DNA of 64,000 nucleotides from Alphaproteobacteria bacterium (GTDB lineage Bacteria; Pseudomonadota; Alphaproteobacteria; UBA7879; UBA5542): NCBI GenBank assembly GCA_046317875.1, contig JBKCVN010000026.1, positions 12,617 to 76,616 of the forward strand, read 5' to 3'. Shown piece by piece: positions 60,820 to 64,000 of this stretch (position 1 is its first letter; each line of letters starts with the position of its first letter). The notes under the pieces were generated by a model. It saw only the letters and a program-made list of their open reading frames with translations, ran no database searches and was not told where the DNA came from. The position numbers and the translations under genes were made by a program.

Positions 60820-62053
60820 TTATATACTGGAGCCTATTATTTTTTCTATTTTTTCCAAAAGTTCCGGGGTCAGAAGTTGAAAAATATTCAAAGTATGGGG
60901 ATGGGGGGATTCTCCGGAGACCTGAACACCAACTTCTAAAGATTGAGAAACAAGTCCTACTAGGTTAAATGAGCCATCTTCATTTTTACTAAAAATAGGT
61001 CCGCCACTCATGCCCCCCACGAAAGGTCGGCATAAAGGCTTTAAAATATTTAGAGTTGCCTCATCGTTGGGCATATCCCTCTTGTGAAAGGGCCAGCTTG
61101 CAGAAAATTTATAGCTTTCATCTTCTCCTTCCACCGATTGCGCAAAGACGCTGAAAGCTTTTCCTTTGGCAGAGATTTCAGATACTCGATGCATAAACAC
61201 TTGGGGTATTATTTTATTGAAAATGTTTCCTTCCTCACCTCTCTCAATAAAAGGAACCACTTTTTGGGATCGATTTTTCTTACTTATTAATGGGGGCAAT
61301 TTTCCATCAAAGGATTTTTCACCAGTGGAAAATGTCATTTTTGAGATATATCCAATTCCATAAACCAGACTTAGTGTGGCAGGATGGTAGGGTGTTAACT
61401 CAAGGGAAGAAACACCTGCCATGGGTTTGCAAAGTTCAAAAACAACACAATCGCTGTTGGCTACCATATCTTGGTCAGCGACCCGTGTATAAAATTCCAT
61501 TGTATTTAGGGATTCTGTTAAACTGCTGATGGTATCTTCTATATCTGTTTCACCCAATGGCGTTTCTTCTGTAGATTGAGGCTCTGTAGTATGTTTCAAA
61601 TCTTCCGCTGTAGGTTGAAACTGAACGTCTGAAAGGGGGGTGATTTTGGATATTTGGATTGAAACAGTAGGGTCAATTTTTAATAAACCCTTGATATCAT
61701 AATACCCTTTTTCATCAAAAGGAACTCTTGGGGCAAGACTGGCAACGCTAGTTGTCCCAGGTTTTAATAGGTTTGCAACATGTGATGACGTTAATCCAAA
61801 TCTTGCGTTTAGAAGAATGCAGGAAGCACATGTGATTTCAGCTGGATTTTCGGGGTCAGTCACATAAGGGGTCAGTCACATAAATTGTGCCCACATTTTT
61901 AAGGGGTAAATTCGGATGACGTGTGCTGAATACCTTAGAGGATATCATTGCTCTCACTGGATCTTCATGAATATCATCACCCGCACTGGATGCGCCAAAT
62001 GCAGAGATAAAAGAACATAGGGTCAGCAGAAAAACTTTTTTTAAGTGTATCAT
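60820..62053 (-). pseudogene. Trypsin-like serine protease, paralog 2, disrupted by a 16-bp tandem duplication (frameshift)
   Basis: The signal-peptide exon MIHLKKVFLLTLCSFISAFGA... (62053-61856) and the protease body (61863-60820; LTSSHV, GGMSGGPIF) are in different frames. The two pieces are separated by ggggtcagtcacataa duplicated in tandem at 61863-61894. Confidence 0.65.
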
Positions 62054-62140
62054 TCTTATTCCTAATAAATAAAAAATATAAAAACGTTGATTTTTATATA
62101 GTTTTTATTATTTATTTTTCAATACTTTTATTAAATTTTT

Positions 62141-62304
62141 TTATTTAGGAAATTTTTGAGCATATCGAGTAAGGGTAGGTAATTCTTGTCCTATGGCTTG
62201 GGTTATTCGATCCATAAGGAGGGGGGAAAACATATGATAAACATTCAAAGTCCCATGGATGGTTTTTTTGGGTGCCTCAATACTCACATTCTGGGTATGG
62301 GAGA
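62141..62304 (-). pseudogene. Remnant C-terminal fragment of a protease paralog fused to the duplicated priA 3' fragment
   Basis: The minus-strand translation LAGLVSHTQNVSIEAPKKTIHGTLNVYHMFSPLLMDRITQAIGQE aligns with the paralog 1 and 2 C-termini (LVGLVSQSLEV...HTLNIFQLLTPELLEKI). Confidence 0.45.
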
Positions 62305-62533
62305 CTAGGCCCGCCAAATGGCAGCCTGTATTCCCGTGATAAAAGAGATTGAAGTGTTGGGGCCGGTGCCCGCCGCCATGAGCCGATTGAAGGGCCAATA
62401 TCGTTGGCGGTTTTTGGTAAAAAGTGAGCGTGGAATTAAGATACAATCCTTCCTAAAGAAATGGGTGAAAATCAGCCAGATTCCCACCCACATTCGACTG
62501 CAGATTGATATGGATCCTTATAGTTTTTATTAG
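62305..62533 (+). repeat. Duplicated copy of the last ~225 bp of priA (near-identical to 59367-59589)
   Basis: Translation MAACIPVIKEIEVLGPVPAAMSRLKGQYRWRFLVKSERGIKIQSFLKKWV(KIS)QIPTHIRLQIDMDPY(S)FY matches the PriA C-terminus with 4 substitutions. Confidence 0.85.
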
Positions 62534-62536
62534 ATC

Positions 62537-63406
62537 TTATTCCCCAAAGATTATTTGGTTGATTCTTTTTACCAGCTCCTCAGGAAAAGTTTGGACTATA
62601 TTAACATAAAATTGAGTATCATCAATCATTAGGCTCTTTGTTCCCCTAATGAGTCCATACAAATAAAATTCTTTTTTTTCATTTAAGGCAAATACAGGCC
62701 CTCCACTTGTGCCACCTGTAAAGAGTCCGAATAGGGGCATATCTTCAGGAGATATATTGTGATAAATTAAGCTTTCTTGGGGTTTAAAAGTCTCATCATC
62801 CTCTTCTTTAAATCCTTCAAACAATCCAACAGCCAAAGGTCTCTGGGGAAGAGGAGTCACAGTTTGAGTAAATAGGTGGTGTATAAATAGATCCTCTTCT
62901 TCTCCTTTAAATGAAAAGAAGGTGCCGCCTTTTTCGGGTGAGGAAAGCGGAGAGAGAGGTTTTTTACTATGAATATTTATACACCCATCCCGAGATCTTT
63001 CCCCATTAGCAAAATTCCAAGAACTTTTTGTTCCTATTCCATAAATAGTTTTTTTTGGCTCATGGGATGTTGTTTGGAAAGGAAGATTGGTTAAGGGTAA
63101 AAAAGGGCGATTAAGTCTCAGCAAGACTACATCGATATCATTACCTTCTTTTCCTTTGGATATATCTAGGGCAAGAAAATTTATAACTTGAGACATAAAA
63201 GATTCATCATCAGCCGATAGGGAGCCGGTGCACGAGGAGCTGTTTGCGACTATTCCATTAAAACTAATTCGTTCGACGCAAGAAAAAAAATCAGGATTTT
63301 TCTTTGCCTCTTCCTCATCTAATTTATCCCCTTTAACGGGAACCCACCCCCAACCGTTAGCATATATGTTGGCCAAAGGATTCAAGATGTGTTTGAAATG
63401 ATGCAT
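62537..63406 (-). CDS. Divergent trypsin-like protease paralog 3 (no signal peptide in the called ORF; catalytic His not evident)
   Basis: Ser box GGTSGGPVF, an Asp region DIDVVLLRL, and a C-terminal ...NIVQTFPEELVKRINQII homologous to paralogs 1 and 2. Where LTSCHH would be, the sequence reads VANSSSC. Confidence 0.55.
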   Translation of the reverse strand: MHHFKHILNPLANIYANGWGWVPVKGDKLDEEEAKKNPDFFSCVERISFNGIVANSSSCTGSLSADDESFMSQVINFLALDISKGKEGNDIDVVLLRLNRPFLPLTNLPFQTTSHEPKKTIYGIGTKSSWNFANGERSRDGCINIHSKKPLSPLSSPEKGGTFFSFKGEEEDLFIHHLFTQTVTPLPQRPLAVGLFEGFKEEDDETFKPQESLIYHNISPEDMPLFGLFTGGTSGGPVFALNEKKEFYLYGLIRGTKSLMIDDTQFYVNIVQTFPEELVKRINQIIFGE

Positions 63407-63556
63407 GGTGTATTTCCCTGTTACCTTTAAATATAAATCTTTTGTACACCGATTGAAAATATAAAATCCGAAGGAATACTGTATTTATTTCCTTGTAAAA
63501 CAAACAAAAATTACAGTAAAATTAAGGTTATATAAATTATAACCAGGGGGCCTTAA

Positions 63557-64000
63557 GTGATTAAATTTGTTCTAATAGTTGTTGCATTTTTTTCGGGTTT
63601 TTCATGGGCATCTTTGAAAGAGGGGGTGGATCTTTTTAATCAAGGGGAATATGAAAAAAGTCGCTCTGTTTTAGGGCATGAATCTTTAAACGAAAATTGG
63701 AAAGCCCAACTTTATTTATTGGCGTCCCAAGGATTTGATAAAAAAGAAAGAAGTATGCCTCTGTTGGCCGCTTTAAAAGCCCAGGTTAACAAGATAGATA
63801 GGGCGGACACCAAGGACGGTGTGGCCATCCAATTGGTTCATGCTTTTTGGCATTTATATTCTGAGGAGACTCAGCCCTTCATCTCTCCAACTTTTGTGAA
63901 TATTGCCCCCCAAAGACACCCACAGGAATCACAACACAGGGGGGTTAGTTTGTTGGCTGCCCCCGATGAAGGGGATTCATTGTTGACCACCACAGGGCCT
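63557..64000 (+). CDS. Partial ORF (possible GTG start) encoding a signal-peptide protein; runs off the window end
   Basis: Open frame from a GTG at 63557 (VIKFVLIVVAFFSGFSWASL...) to the window end with no stop. Confidence 0.25.
   Translation, partial: MIKFVLIVVAFFSGFSWASLKEGVDLFNQGEYEKSRSVLGHESLNENWKAQLYLLASQGFDKKERSMPLLAALKAQVNKIDRADTKDGVAIQLVHAFWHLYSEETQPFISPTFVNIAPQRHPQESQHRGVSLLAAPDEGDSLLTTTGP

Noticed and set aside
1-64000. CRISPR arrays, rRNA genes, additional tRNAs
   Set aside because: No regularly spaced direct repeats with unique spacers were seen. No rRNA-like conserved stretches. Intergenic regions were scanned by eye and only the tRNA-Leu cloverleaf at 40560-40644 was convincing

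Overview
This is a chromosomal segment whose gene content and order look alphaproteobacterial: pdhA-pdhB-pdhC-lpdA-lipA, gatCAB, rnd, rpoZ-spoT-acpS-lepB-rnc-era-recO-parC, dusB-fis-ntrY-ntrX-trkA-hfq-hflX, tRNA-Leu-tig-clpP, glyQS and priA. Several features fit a reduced, host-associated lifestyle, but that is inference: moderate-to-low GC, Sel1-repeat proteins, an isolated nuoIJ pair, clpX missing after clpP, and a PdhB without a lipoyl domain. The housekeeping core is interrupted by accessory blocks.

- An AT-rich block at 1.6-5.4 kb holds a sulfotransferase-like fragment, a 2OG-Fe(II) oxygenase-like gene and a large secreted coiled-coil repeat protein.
- A small GIY-YIG nuclease cassette bounded by ~45-bp direct repeats sits inside the pdh operon.
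- Two Sel1-repeat proteins are present, one with an apparent +1 frameshift at an A6 run.
- A pair of secreted proteins, an unknown and a GNAT acetyltransferase, lie at 27.9-29.9 kb.
- An island of signal-peptide proteins at 51.2-56.7 kb lies next to glyQS, with a tyrosine recombinase and a Cys-rich protein.
- Most striking is a recombinationally active array of trypsin-like secreted serine-protease paralogs at 59.6-63.4 kb, downstream of priA. The last ~225 bp of priA is duplicated. One paralog is split by a 16-bp tandem duplication. A chimeric protease C-terminal fragment is fused to the priA fragment. The third paralog is divergent and appears to lack the catalytic His.

No CRISPR arrays or rRNA genes were seen. 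Only one tRNA was found, tRNA-Leu(UAG).
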